Positions 1 to 9,901 of a stretch of 64,000 bases of DNA are shown one piece after another. How positions within the stretch are numbered: the stretch's first letter is position 1; each line of letters begins with the position of its first letter. The notes below the pieces were generated by a model. It was not told the DNA's origin, did not search any database, and saw nothing but the letters and a program-made list of their open reading frames with translations. The stretch is from a bacterium (GTDB lineage Bacteria; Zhuqueibacterota; Zhuqueibacteria; Residuimicrobiales; Krinioviventaceae), in the NCBI GenBank assembly GCA_963674595.2, contig CAXXFV010000009.1:64001-128000 (forward strand), read 5' to 3'. Made by a program: the position numbers and the translations under genes.

Positions 1-2
1 TT

Positions 3-275
3 TATCACGGCGCTGATGTTGATGATCGTTACTGCCTCGGAGCTGTTTTGCTGGATGAACATGAACCGTGGAAAGTATTAGCAAGATCAAAATTGCCTTT
101 TATAGAACCTCAGGAAAATTATGAGATGGAAGGTTTTTTTGGCAACGCTATTTTTAATTGTGGTGTGCTTTTTGAAAATGATATCATCAAAATTTATTAT
201 GGCGCAGCAGATACACATATATGCTATGCTGAAATTTTTCTTGATGATGTTTTAAAAGGTCTGGAACCCTGTTAA
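3..275 (+). CDS. GH130-family glycosidase/phosphorylase, C-terminal part (5'-truncated by window)
   Basis: Frame open from nt 3: YHGAD..RYCLGAVLLD..P.KVLARS..P..EP..YE..GFFGNAIF.CG...IYYGAADT, the typical GH130 C-terminus. Confidence 0.85.
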   Translation, partial: YHGADVDDRYCLGAVLLDEHEPWKVLARSKLPFIEPQENYEMEGFFGNAIFNCGVLFENDIIKIYYGAADTHICYAEIFLDDVLKGLEPC

Positions 276-299
276 TCCGCTGATATTTATATTAAAAAT

Positions 300-342
300 A
301 AATCCGGGTATGTTTGTAATTTACAAATGTCCCGGATTTTTT
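300..342 (+). terminator. Intrinsic terminator-like hairpin
   Basis: AAATCCGGG..TGTTTGTAA-T-TTACAAATG..CCCGGATTT followed by T run, just after the GH130 stop. Confidence 0.65.
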
Positions 343-840
343 ATTTCCACTAATTTTTTTATCTGTTCACGTTCAGTACACTTGATACCGGCTGAACAGA
401 TAAATATTCATTTCTAATAAAGTATAAAGGGGAGACATGTTTGCCATCGATTTTTCTGCAGGACGAAAATAAAAGTGCCGGTAATCATAGAGGAGGGTGA
501 CTACCGGCTTGAGGGATACTGGAAACAAAGCATGTCAAAAGTTGGAAATTTTTATTGTAATGACTGATTTGATACTTGGATTTTATTATTTCAATATGTT
601 CATCAACAATTATCAGGCCACTTTTTATGGTTTTGTAAAATATTGTTTTTGTGTTATTTGTATATTTCACGTAATTCAAAAGTTAGTAATAGTTTTTAAT
701 AATTATTATTAATAATGATATTTTAATTTAAAACCTGAATTTTCTGATATATTGTCAGAGATTGCTTGAATTTTGTACAAGACTTTATTACTATGGGAGC
801 ATAAAAAATAACAGATACTTTACAAAGCAGGTTTTATATT

Positions 841-2127
841 TTGGATATTCATACTAAAAAGGCAATGCGAAATATCATTGTCGCCCAATGTGCCGGTGTA
901 CCGGCATCAATATTTTATTCAAATGGGGTCATGCTGGCTTTTTTATCCTCTTTGGGTTTTTCCAGTGCTGTGATTTTGCAATTACTTGCCCTTCCGAATT
1001 TTATTGCGTTGTTTGTGATGATTCCTGCGGCGTTACTTTCAGACCGTTATGGAAAAAAAATATGGGGTAATATTGGTTTGCTGGGAACGGTGGTCGGCTT
1101 TGCCTGTGTTGCCTTTGCCGGAAATGGTAACGTCCATTATGGTAAATTTTTAGCAATATTGGGAAATATTATATTTGGCATTGGATTGGCCATGTTCAAT
1201 TCAAACTGGTTTGCTCTGTTAAGCCCGATTATTCCCGAAAATATTATCGGACGTTTTTTTGGTAAATTACGTTTCTCCTGGCAATTTGTATCGATTGTGC
1301 TGACGTTGGTTACGACGGTTTTATTGAACAAATTTCACAATGAAAAATTGTTTCAATATATTTTTATTTTTATTGTGGTTACATTGTTTGTGAGGTTCTT
1401 GTTTTATCTCAAAATTCCTGAACTTGAAAAGCCTACCATGTCAAAACTGGCTCTTGTTTATCCTCTAAAACAAATTATAAAAAGTCCCGGTTTTATGCCG
1501 TTTTGTTCCTATACCTTTTTGCTGACATTGTGTACGGGAGCTTGTCCCTGGCTTTTCGGACTTTTGGAAAAGGATGTTTTACATTTTACAAATACCAATA
1601 TCGTGTTGATGGGAACATTGCTTTTAACCGGGTCTTTGATCGGTTTCATTCTGGGAGGGAGAATGGTTGACAAACGGGGAACACGATATGTATTTTTAAA
1701 CAGTCATTTATCCTATGGACTTGTTTTATTAATGTTTCTTTTTAGAGATTTTATACCGGTTTCAGAATTATTCTACATTGGATTATTAACCATGTTTTTT
1801 GGTTTTATACAGGCAGCATCCGGTATTGCCATTACTTCCGAATTGCTCAGTGTTATACCTGTTGAATATAAATCTCTTTCAACGGCATTTGCAACCACCT
1901 TAACAAGCAGTGCGTTGGCATTGTCCAGCCTTGCGTTTTCACAAATGTTAAATTCCGGGATGCTGACAAAAGAGTGGTATTTTTTCAGTCTCCCCATGAG
2001 TCAATATGATTCTATATTTTTAATATGCAGTTTGTTGATTATCCTGTTTATTGTCACTTTAGGGCTAATCCCTTCAGTGATTAAATCCGCTCAATGGATT
2101 CCAAGAAGCGGAATGCTGGATAGTTGA
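841..2127 (+). CDS. MFS transporter
   Basis: 428 aa, about 12 hydrophobic segments, motif A in both halves (LSDRYGKK, GRMVDKRGTR). Confidence 0.85.
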   Translation: MDIHTKKAMRNIIVAQCAGVPASIFYSNGVMLAFLSSLGFSSAVILQLLALPNFIALFVMIPAALLSDRYGKKIWGNIGLLGTVVGFACVAFAGNGNVHYGKFLAILGNIIFGIGLAMFNSNWFALLSPIIPENIIGRFFGKLRFSWQFVSIVLTLVTTVLLNKFHNEKLFQYIFIFIVVTLFVRFLFYLKIPELEKPTMSKLALVYPLKQIIKSPGFMPFCSYTFLLTLCTGACPWLFGLLEKDVLHFTNTNIVLMGTLLLTGSLIGFILGGRMVDKRGTRYVFLNSHLSYGLVLLMFLFRDFIPVSELFYIGLLTMFFGFIQAASGIAITSELLSVIPVEYKSLSTAFATTLTSSALALSSLAFSQMLNSGMLTKEWYFFSLPMSQYDSIFLICSLLIILFIVTLGLIPSVIKSAQWIPRSGMLDS

Positions 2128-2297
2128 TTTTTTCAAGTTGATTAATTTTCGGAAAATTTGTTGTTATATAATCGATTTCGTAATTGAATAAAAATTTTTA
2201 ATTTTGCGTTATATTTGTATATAGGTGCTGTTTTTGAATCTTAAATATGATTTATGAATCTAATAAGAAAATAAAAATTTTACTCTGGAGATTTAAT

Positions 2298-2807
2298 ATG
2301 AAGTCCCGACTTTTTTACACGTTTTTGTTAATTGTTTTAGTACCTGTTCTGGCTGCTGCTGCCGGAAAGGGAACATGGCACAGTTTTGATGAAGGCATTA
2401 GTCTGGCCGCCAAACAAGACAAAACAATTCTAGTCGATTTTTATACAAATTGGTGCCACTGGTGCAAAGTTATGGATGAGAAAACTTTTCAAAACGAAAC
2501 TATTGCTAAAAAATTAAAAGATCGTTTTGTAACAGTTCGCCTGAATGCGGAAGATTCACAAAGTTATTCAAACTATCAGGGCGTCACTTATAGTAATGTT
2601 GAGTTAACCCGGGCTTTTGGAATTACCGGTTATCCTTCATTAGCTTTTCTGGATTCGAGCGGAAAACCAATAACTATTATCCCTGGTTTTGTACCACCGG
2701 AACAGTTTGTTGACATTTTGGATTATATCGATAAAAAATGTTATGCTAAAGATGTATCTTTTGAAGATTTTTTAAAAACAAAAGACTGTGGTGACAAGGC
2801 TGACTAG
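2298..2807 (+). CDS. Exported thioredoxin-fold protein (SoxW/DUF255-like)
   Basis: GGAG RBS before ATG 2298, signal peptide, WCHWC motif, GYP cis-Pro loop. Confidence 0.85.
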   Translation: MKSRLFYTFLLIVLVPVLAAAAGKGTWHSFDEGISLAAKQDKTILVDFYTNWCHWCKVMDEKTFQNETIAKKLKDRFVTVRLNAEDSQSYSNYQGVTYSNVELTRAFGITGYPSLAFLDSSGKPITIIPGFVPPEQFVDILDYIDKKCYAKDVSFEDFLKTKDCGDKAD

Positions 2808-2819
2808 TTGATTTTAGTG

Positions 2820-2858
2820 GATGCAGATTTTTATTGAATATTAAAATCTGCATCTTTA
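2820..2858 (+). terminator. Hairpin/terminator
   Basis: GATGCAGATTTT...AAAATCTGCATC inverted repeat after the thioredoxin stop. Confidence 0.55.
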
Positions 2859-2913
2859 TCTTGAGCATATTCTTCCTTTTAATTATTAAATATTTCCCAA
2901 ATTAAGAGTTTGT

Positions 2914-4338
2914 ATGACTATGAATAACCGGATTAAGCCACTATTGTTTATCGGATGTGGAGTATTAATCGTTATATCGGCGTTTTTATGGCATGTTCCG
3001 GTTCAGGTTGTTGATTCTCTCACAAAAGAACCTGTTTCAGATATTTCCGTTCATATTTCATGGATTAGAATTGTTTTTGAACCTTTTTTTGGTCCCTGGT
3101 TTTATCTTTTGCGGGCAGACCAGCCCTTGTTACAGGCTGTTGTTGTATTTTGGTGGGGTGTCATTTTTCTTTTATTTTTTTATTTTTACAAAGCCGTCAA
3201 AAGTTACAAATCTTTAAAAACGGCAATTTACATTTCGTTTTTAAAATGGATTAAAGTTTTTCCGCTTGTGCTTGTAGTTTGGATGTTTATTGTTTTTGCC
3301 CTCGTATTTCTACCATTACCGACAAATAGCATAAAAAATTTCAATCCTGAATGGGTATTGGTTAATGCCCATAGTCATTCTCATTACAGCCATGACGGTG
3401 TTATCTCTCAAAAAAGGCTGATGAAATGGCACGAGAAAAACGGTTTTGATGCTTTTTTTCTCACGGAACATAATAATCACTTGAAAACACTTGAATTAAT
3501 AGGCGCACAAAAAAGCGGTGAAATACCTGAAACCCCTTTGGTTTTATGCGGTCAGGAATATTCCGGCAGTATCCATATTTTGTTACTGGGATTAACACAG
3601 GATTTTCTAACAAAGGACATACCGGACTCTACAGCCATTAACACAGCCCATTCTCAAAATGGAATCAGTATCATTCCTCACTGGTTTGACAAATGTAAAA
3701 ATACTGTAGACTATTACATACAACAGGGTACTGACGGGTATGAAATTGCCAATCAGGGAGAAGGCATTCAATATGATCCAAAGGTTATTAAAGAAATCGT
3801 AGAGAAATGCCGGGAACATGGATTGATTTTATTGGGAAATTGTGATTACCACGGATATGGAAACGCCGCTTTTGTTTGGAATGCACTGTATATTCCAAAT
3901 TGGAAACAGCTTGATCAGGATGGAAAACGAAATGAGATTATGGAAATTTTCAGAAACCGGGAAAATGACCGTATTCGTACCTTTAATTATTCTGACAGGA
4001 CTGTTTTTTCTCTCAAGTACTTACCGATTAGTCCTGTTTATAATTTAAGCTATTTTCGAACACTCGATATTTTTCAAGTCTTGTCATGGTTGGTTTGGCT
4101 TGGATTTGGATATATTCTTTTTATTAAAACCAATTTTTTCCAAACAAGAATTTTGCCGTTTATTTCCCTGGCAAGTTCTGTTTTTATCGTTGTCCTGGGA
4201 ATTGTTTTTTTGAGGCAGGGTGTTAAGTTGGGCGACTATAATCATATCTATACTGATTATGGAAATTATTTTCTTTGGGGCGGTCTTTTTTTTCTAATAT
4301 ACTCTCTTTTGGCATTAAAATTTTTTAAAAAAAATTAG
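2914..4338 (+). CDS. Membrane-embedded PHP-domain metallophosphoesterase
   Basis: HSHSHYSHDG, LTEHN, PHW and DYHG PHP motifs flanked by N- and C-terminal TM helices. Confidence 0.8.
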   Translation: MTMNNRIKPLLFIGCGVLIVISAFLWHVPVQVVDSLTKEPVSDISVHISWIRIVFEPFFGPWFYLLRADQPLLQAVVVFWWGVIFLLFFYFYKAVKSYKSLKTAIYISFLKWIKVFPLVLVVWMFIVFALVFLPLPTNSIKNFNPEWVLVNAHSHSHYSHDGVISQKRLMKWHEKNGFDAFFLTEHNNHLKTLELIGAQKSGEIPETPLVLCGQEYSGSIHILLLGLTQDFLTKDIPDSTAINTAHSQNGISIIPHWFDKCKNTVDYYIQQGTDGYEIANQGEGIQYDPKVIKEIVEKCREHGLILLGNCDYHGYGNAAFVWNALYIPNWKQLDQDGKRNEIMEIFRNRENDRIRTFNYSDRTVFSLKYLPISPVYNLSYFRTLDIFQVLSWLVWLGFGYILFIKTNFFQTRILPFISLASSVFIVVLGIVFLRQGVKLGDYNHIYTDYGNYFLWGGLFFLIYSLLALKFFKKN

Positions 4339-4381
4339 AAAAATTTTTTCGCAAAAAAACAGTTCTGCTTGTAAATAATAA

Positions 4382-4410
4382 TTGCATAGTAAGAACCTAT
4401 GTGATATAGT
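4382..4410 (+). promoter_or_regulatory. Sigma70-like promoter upstream of spoVG
   Basis: TTGCAT-N17-TATAGT. Confidence 0.5.
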
Positions 4411-4600
4411 ACAAACAGTTTAGATTGTTTTGACCCCTGCCAATTTTATATCCTGGGCAAGGTATAGAGTTCAAAAGTCAAAACAGAAAAGGTTCAATGC
4501 AACAGAGGAAAGTAAATCGTGTGCAGCATGGCCATGTGTGGTGGTTTTGTATGCATGAGGGTCAACCTATGAATGCAACAAGGAAGTGGTGAGGGGTTGT

Positions 4601-4927
4601 ATGGAAATTACTGAAATCAGTATCAGGCTGCGAAACGAACCAAAATTAAAAGCGTTCGTAAACGTTACTTTTGATAATGTTTTTGCTATCAAAGGTCTAA
4701 AAATCATCCATAGTAAAAAAGGTTTTCTATTGTGTATGCCGTCAAGAAGAGCTGAAGACGGCACACAGCGAGATATCGCGCATCCGATTTCCCGCACTTT
4801 TCGCGAAAAACTCGAACACGAAGTTTTGGACGAATACAAAAGAGCGGTCAAGAGAGCCGAACGTGGTGATTTTAAAGTCCTTGATGAAGAAATGGACTCT
4901 TGGACATTAACTTCAGATCGGAATTAA
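4601..4927 (+). CDS. spoVG: SpoVG family nucleic-acid-binding regulator
   Basis: MEITEI..LKAFVNVTFDNVFAIKGLKII...MPSR...DIAHPI; GAGGGG RBS before ATG 4601. Confidence 0.92.
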   Translation: MEITEISIRLRNEPKLKAFVNVTFDNVFAIKGLKIIHSKKGFLLCMPSRRAEDGTQRDIAHPISRTFREKLEHEVLDEYKRAVKRAERGDFKVLDEEMDSWTLTSDRN

Positions 4928-4985
4928 CATCAATCAAAAGAATTTGATCAATGATCCTTTGAGATCATTTTACAATTCTGGTTAT

Positions 4986-5011
4986 AAAAAGGCTAAATAT
5001 TTAGCCTTTTT
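4986..5011. terminator. Perfect 26-bp palindrome, probable bidirectional terminator
   Basis: AAAAAGGCTAAATATTTAGCCTTTTT. Confidence 0.65.
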
Positions 5012-5092
5012 TCTTTTTATCTCCAATTTACTGTATTAGAGCCAATATGAAAATAGCATCAATTGTCAAGCCTAAACAGGAGCCTCATTAGA

Positions 5093-7603
5093 ATGTATGT
5101 GAGAAATACTGTAATATTTTTAATCAATTTATTTATAGGTGTTCATTTATTATCAGCCGCTGAGATAATGTATGAAAAGGATTGGGATAGACTTGTTTCC
5201 GGGGGACAAGCTGCACGATTGACCCGGGGTATTACAGAAGACCCTGTTTCAACAAATTTGTCTGAAAAAACAATAGAGACAATATTTGAATCCTTGAGGT
5301 TGCCTGTTCCCGAACAGAATCTGTTAACAATTTGGATCAACACCATTAAAAGCTACGGATGGGCACAATTTGAAACAGAGCCTGAATATCAGGATTATGC
5401 GGCCGTTCAAATTTTGGTTTTAAATCATTTTGGTGAACGCGTTGTCGCGCGTCAGTTTGATGAGCAGGGGAAAATTGCCGAAATTAGATGTGACCTTGAC
5501 GGAAACGGACTCTCTTTAAAACGTTTACAACAGCCTCAAGACAATGACCGGACTGTTTTTAGTACTGTTAAATCGCCCATTACATTTGTTTTAAATCAGG
5601 AACATTTTGAAAAATTTTTCTTTGAATCTCTCATAAATCTGGAATATCCGGGGTTTGAAAAAATAAAAAAAGCCTATAGTGAGAAAAAAACATTACTGGC
5701 TGTTTATGAACTGGCAGAATATTTTCGAAACAAACAAAGCAATATTTGGCCTGTTATTGAGCCGTCACATGATAACTTGATAAACGATGCTGCAGAAATG
5801 GTATTAAATCATCAGTTTGAATATAATGATCAACTTGTAACCTATGGTGACCATATCAACTGGTTTGATAACCCGATAGATGATTCAGAATGGCTGTGGA
5901 CGCTTAACCGCATGCCTCACTGGAAAACGCTTTTGCAGGGATATATTGAAACGACAAATGAATCCTATGCTCAAGAGTATAACGACGAGGTTTTGGATTG
6001 GATCATTCGAAATCCGGCGCCTGCTTTTCGACTTACCAGGGTCCCGGCATGGCGTAATTTGGAAGCGGGTATTCGCTGTTCGTCTGTCTGGCCGGAAACT
6101 TTATATGGATTTTTAGCATCACCGTCTTTTCAAGCTCACACAATTCAATTGATGCTTGCTTCATTATGGAGCCATGCTGAACATATTTATAAATTTCCTT
6201 CAGGCATGCGTTTTGTAAATAATTGGGTCATCATTGAATCTAGCGGACTTGCTGTTGTGGGAATGGGGTTTCCGGAATTTATAAATTCCGAAAAGTGGTC
6301 TGCTGAAGGACTTTCAAGGTTATCCGAGCAATTGGCAAAACAGGTTTACCCGGATGGTGTACAGCATGAGTTAGCCTCAGGGTATCATCTTTCCTGCCTG
6401 AGCAGTTTTTGCACGGCCTATGAAATCGCCAAAAAGAACAATGTGCAGATACCGGATAGTTACAGCACTACCTTGGAAAAAATGTTTGATTATTTACTTT
6501 ATGCAGCAACACCTTCCAGGGAATTGCCGCCTACTAATGACTCTTTTCGCAGTAATATTGTTACGTGGTTAAAAAAGGGTGCCGCACTTTTTAACAGACC
6601 GGATATGTTGTTTGTCGCTGAAAACGGACAGGAAGGCACCATGCCGGAAAAAACTTCCTATCATTTCCCGCATGCCGGACAAAGCATTATGCGCAGTAAC
6701 TGGTCTAAAAACGCCCTTTATTTGTTTTTTGATGCCGGTCCCTACGGTGTCAGCCATCAGCATGAAGATAAACTGCATATCGATGTATCCGCCTATGGCC
6801 GTGATTTTATTACAGACGCAGGAAAAGGGTCCTATGTTCCGGATAAATGGCGGTCCTATTTTACATCAACGGCGGCACACAATACCATTCTGATTGACGG
6901 CCTGGGACAAAATCGCAATGATAAAAAGGAAACTCACCGGTATAATACAAATGATAACTATTGGTTTACCGGAGATTCTGTTGATTTTGCCTATGGTTTT
7001 TATAACGATGGATATGGGCCCCAAAAGATAAATGTTGAACATAAAAGATTTATATTTTTCAAAAAAAATGAATATTGGCTTGTTTTGGACCTTTTGGATG
7101 GTTTACAATCTCAAAAGTTCGATGTTTTATACCATTTTCTGCCATGTGATTTTGATATTGATCCTGATAACAAGATGATCAGTACAACATTTTCCGACGG
7201 CAAGAATATTCTTTTATGTTCGCAAGGAACTGTTCCTCTTGAAACAAGTATCATTAAAGGACAGGAGGGACCGGAGCAGGGTTGGATATCAACAGCAACT
7301 GAAAAACGCCTTGAAGCGCCCACAGTTGTTTTTAGCGGTGAAAGTCAATTACCTGTCCTTGTAGCAACGCTGATAAAACCGTTCCAGGGAAATATGGATG
7401 CGAACGTAAATATCACCATTTCCCGGTCACCAGAGTACCAGGCCGCCGTTATTATTCATGCCGATTGGGGTGAAGATTGGTGGGTCGTTAATCTTAAAAA
7501 TGAAAACAAAATTACAATCGGTGTTGTGGATGAAAAAGCCAAATTCGGTTTTTGGCGAATTGTTAATGAGAATATTGTTCAGGAAATTCTCAAGGATTTT
7601 TAG
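5093..7603 (+). CDS. Heparinase II/III-family polysaccharide lyase, secreted
   Basis: Signal peptide; W..LEAGIR, NNW, QVYPDG.QHELASGYH, HQHEDKL and AHNTILIDG motifs; AGGAG RBS. Confidence 0.88.
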   Translation: MYVRNTVIFLINLFIGVHLLSAAEIMYEKDWDRLVSGGQAARLTRGITEDPVSTNLSEKTIETIFESLRLPVPEQNLLTIWINTIKSYGWAQFETEPEYQDYAAVQILVLNHFGERVVARQFDEQGKIAEIRCDLDGNGLSLKRLQQPQDNDRTVFSTVKSPITFVLNQEHFEKFFFESLINLEYPGFEKIKKAYSEKKTLLAVYELAEYFRNKQSNIWPVIEPSHDNLINDAAEMVLNHQFEYNDQLVTYGDHINWFDNPIDDSEWLWTLNRMPHWKTLLQGYIETTNESYAQEYNDEVLDWIIRNPAPAFRLTRVPAWRNLEAGIRCSSVWPETLYGFLASPSFQAHTIQLMLASLWSHAEHIYKFPSGMRFVNNWVIIESSGLAVVGMGFPEFINSEKWSAEGLSRLSEQLAKQVYPDGVQHELASGYHLSCLSSFCTAYEIAKKNNVQIPDSYSTTLEKMFDYLLYAATPSRELPPTNDSFRSNIVTWLKKGAALFNRPDMLFVAENGQEGTMPEKTSYHFPHAGQSIMRSNWSKNALYLFFDAGPYGVSHQHEDKLHIDVSAYGRDFITDAGKGSYVPDKWRSYFTSTAAHNTILIDGLGQNRNDKKETHRYNTNDNYWFTGDSVDFAYGFYNDGYGPQKINVEHKRFIFFKKNEYWLVLDLLDGLQSQKFDVLYHFLPCDFDIDPDNKMISTTFSDGKNILLCSQGTVPLETSIIKGQEGPEQGWISTATEKRLEAPTVVFSGESQLPVLVATLIKPFQGNMDANVNITISRSPEYQAAVIIHADWGEDWWVVNLKNENKITIGVVDEKAKFGFWRIVNENIVQEILKDF

Positions 7604-7710
7604 AATTATTAAAAACATTACGTTTTGTTTTTTAAGTAAAAATTTTTATCTTTTATTCGAATGTTTTTAGTGATTCTCAAAAAATATTGATTGTGGGAGG
7701 ATATAGAATA

Positions 7711-8727
7711 ATGCTTCCAATTCTTTTAACTAAAAAGAATAAGCTGTTTTTTTCATGTTTAATATTTTGCCTTGTCGTTTTTCAATGCTTTTTAGTTTAT
7801 GCGGAAAATGCGCCTAAAATGATTATTGAAAATGACGACATTGATATTGGCTTTGTCAATCCCGGTGAGGATGCTGTTGCCGAATTTTTGGTTATTAATA
7901 AAGGTGATGCTGACCTGGTGTTGGATAAAGTAAAACCTACGTGAGGCTGCACAGTGGCCAAATATGATTCGGTCATCCCGCCTGGTCAGACGGGAAAAAT
8001 AATTGCAAAATTAAAAACAAAAACATATCGTGGAAAAGTTCGAAAAAGTATTCGTGTGGTTTCCAATGATCCAAAGGAGCCGTCCCGATTTTTATCGTTA
8101 AATTGTGTCATTCGTGGCATCAAAATGTTTCCATCGTCCCGTCTTTATTTTACCGTGTTTGAAGGACAACCGCAAGCCCGTGAAATAACATTGGCAACAG
8201 TAGGAGAGGATGAAATTAAGGTTAAAATTGACAAAGGTGATTTTGACGGAGAAATTTCGCTGGTTAAACTGGACCAACCAAAACCGGATGATGATAATGA
8301 TTATTGGAACCAATATAAAATGACCTTTACATTGCCTGTTGACGAAAAAGAGGGCCGTTTTAATGGTAAAATAAAATTAAGCACAAACAGTAAATATGAT
8401 CCTGAAACAGAACTTTATTATTTAGTAACAGTCAACTCTTCCATTAATATTAATCCTCAAAATTTGAACTTTGACGATAATAATATTCAGCATTCTGTTT
8501 TTGTAAATAATAAGTTCGGTGATGATCTGAAAATTTTGGATGTTAAAGTTGAGCCGAATGTTATTGCTGTAGAGATTGAACAATTGGAACCGGGCCTGCA
8601 ATATGTGTTAAAATGTAAAAAACAAAATGGTTCGGAGGACGCTCCTGTTAAAGGTAAAATTCAGATAAAAACAAACAATCATTTTCACTCTAAAATAGTC
8701 ATTCCATTTACAATTACCGGTTCGTAA
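7711..8727 (+). CDS. Secreted DUF1573-type Ig-like protein with in-frame TGA (probable selenocysteine at codon 78)
   Basis: ORFs 7687-7944 and 7954-8727 are in the same frame; readthrough gives KVKPT-U-GCTVAKYDSVIPPGQTGKI, matching the DUF1573 CGCT...IPPG motif; GGGAGG RBS before ATG 7711. Confidence 0.8.
7945..7994 (+). promoter_or_regulatory. Candidate bacterial SECIS element
   Basis: Stem GGCC-A-AAT/ATG/ATT-C-GGTC (7956-7974) begins 11 nt after the TGA; second hairpin CCCG-C-CT-GGTC-AG-A-CGGG at 7977-7994. Confidence 0.5.
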
Positions 8728-8940
8728 TAATATGCAAAGGTAACGAAATGAAGATAAAGCTGATGGTTTTGGCGCTTTTGTTTGCGGGAACATCACATGC
8801 CGGGGACAAATGGGTATGTAAAATTTTACCATCAGAACATAATGTTAGCTGAAACTCTGACAGACACAGCATGGAATATACTTGAAAAAAATGGCAATCC
8901 GGATGTTTGTATTGCCGGAATAATAAATGACTGGTAAAAA

Positions 8941-9618
8941 ATGCACGGTAATTCTCTACAGGTTTTCAGCAACCAAACGGACATTCATCCAAACCTTGAA
9001 AAAACAATTGCCCATCACAAAACATCTGCTTATAAACGTCCCTATTCTGACCACACAGTAAAGGCCTTTCAAGAAATCATATCTATCTGGGAACAACATA
9101 GCGGTATTGTTATTCTGGATTCCTGTTGTGGTACAGGTTCCAGTTCAGTTTATTTTGCAAATAAAAATCCTGAAAGCCTTGTTATAGGTATAGACAAGTC
9201 ACCGGTTCGCCTGAAGAGAGGGTTGCATCACCCTGCGGTCATTCCGGATAATTTAATTCTTGTTCAGGCAAATGTTATTGATTTTTGGCGTCTTGCTCTT
9301 GAAAACCAAATGAGAGTCGATTACCATTATTTATTATACCCGAATCCCTGGCCGAAAAAGAAACACTTTAAACGAAGGTTTCACGCTCATCCGGTTTTCC
9401 CGGATTTTATTAAGCTGTGCCGAAATATTGAAATACGAAGTAATTGGGAAATCTATATCAGAGAATTTTCCCTGGCCATTGAGATAATAACGGGCGAAAA
9501 ATATACTTTTGAATCCTTTATACCGGAAAATTACATCAGTGATTTTGAAAAAAAGTATAAAAATAGCGGACATTTGCTTTATAAATTATTTTACAAAAAT
9601 AATGAAAAAATTATATAA
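8941..9618 (+). CDS. TrmB-like SAM-dependent methyltransferase
   Basis: LDSCCGTG motif I, IGIDKS, YPNPWPKKKHFKRR, RSNW..Y. Confidence 0.8.
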   Translation: MHGNSLQVFSNQTDIHPNLEKTIAHHKTSAYKRPYSDHTVKAFQEIISIWEQHSGIVILDSCCGTGSSSVYFANKNPESLVIGIDKSPVRLKRGLHHPAVIPDNLILVQANVIDFWRLALENQMRVDYHYLLYPNPWPKKKHFKRRFHAHPVFPDFIKLCRNIEIRSNWEIYIREFSLAIEIITGEKYTFESFIPENYISDFEKKYKNSGHLLYKLFYKNNEKII

Positions 9619-9623
9619 ATAAC

Positions 9624-9652
9624 TTGCATTCTTTTATAGATATTGTTAGATT
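9624..9652 (+). promoter_or_regulatory. Sigma70-like promoter upstream of the peptide ABC/kinase operon
   Basis: TTGCAT-N17-TAGATT with TGn extension. Confidence 0.45.
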
Positions 9653-9901
9653 TAGGTTGTGGCACATAATTTGATCTCATAAAAATGAGATGAAAAGGCT
9701 GTTTTTTTTAAGCTTAAATGTGCAATGTAATGTGGCATCAAATGGCAAATGGGACGATGATGGGACGTGTGTGTGTGAAATTTGCTCCTCTTTATATCTT
9801 CATTCTCTTGTTTGTCCAAGATTATTTCAAATTTATGCATCATAGGAACGCATCCGCATTTATCATCTTGAAATTTTAAAACGATAAAGGTTAATACTTT
9901 A

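Noticed and set aside
485-712. Overlapping 64/71-aa ORFs on both strands
   Set aside because: AT-rich, no recognisable motif or convincing RBS; probably intergenic
7942-7944. Genome-wide UGA reassignment (code 4/25)
   Set aside because: Many genes here end properly at TGA (e.g. 2127, 14955, 42423, 45386) and Trp is encoded by TGG; the readthrough is site-specific
7954-8727. Independent gene starting at GTG 7954
   Set aside because: No RBS and it begins mid-domain; better explained as the continuation of the ORF starting at 7711
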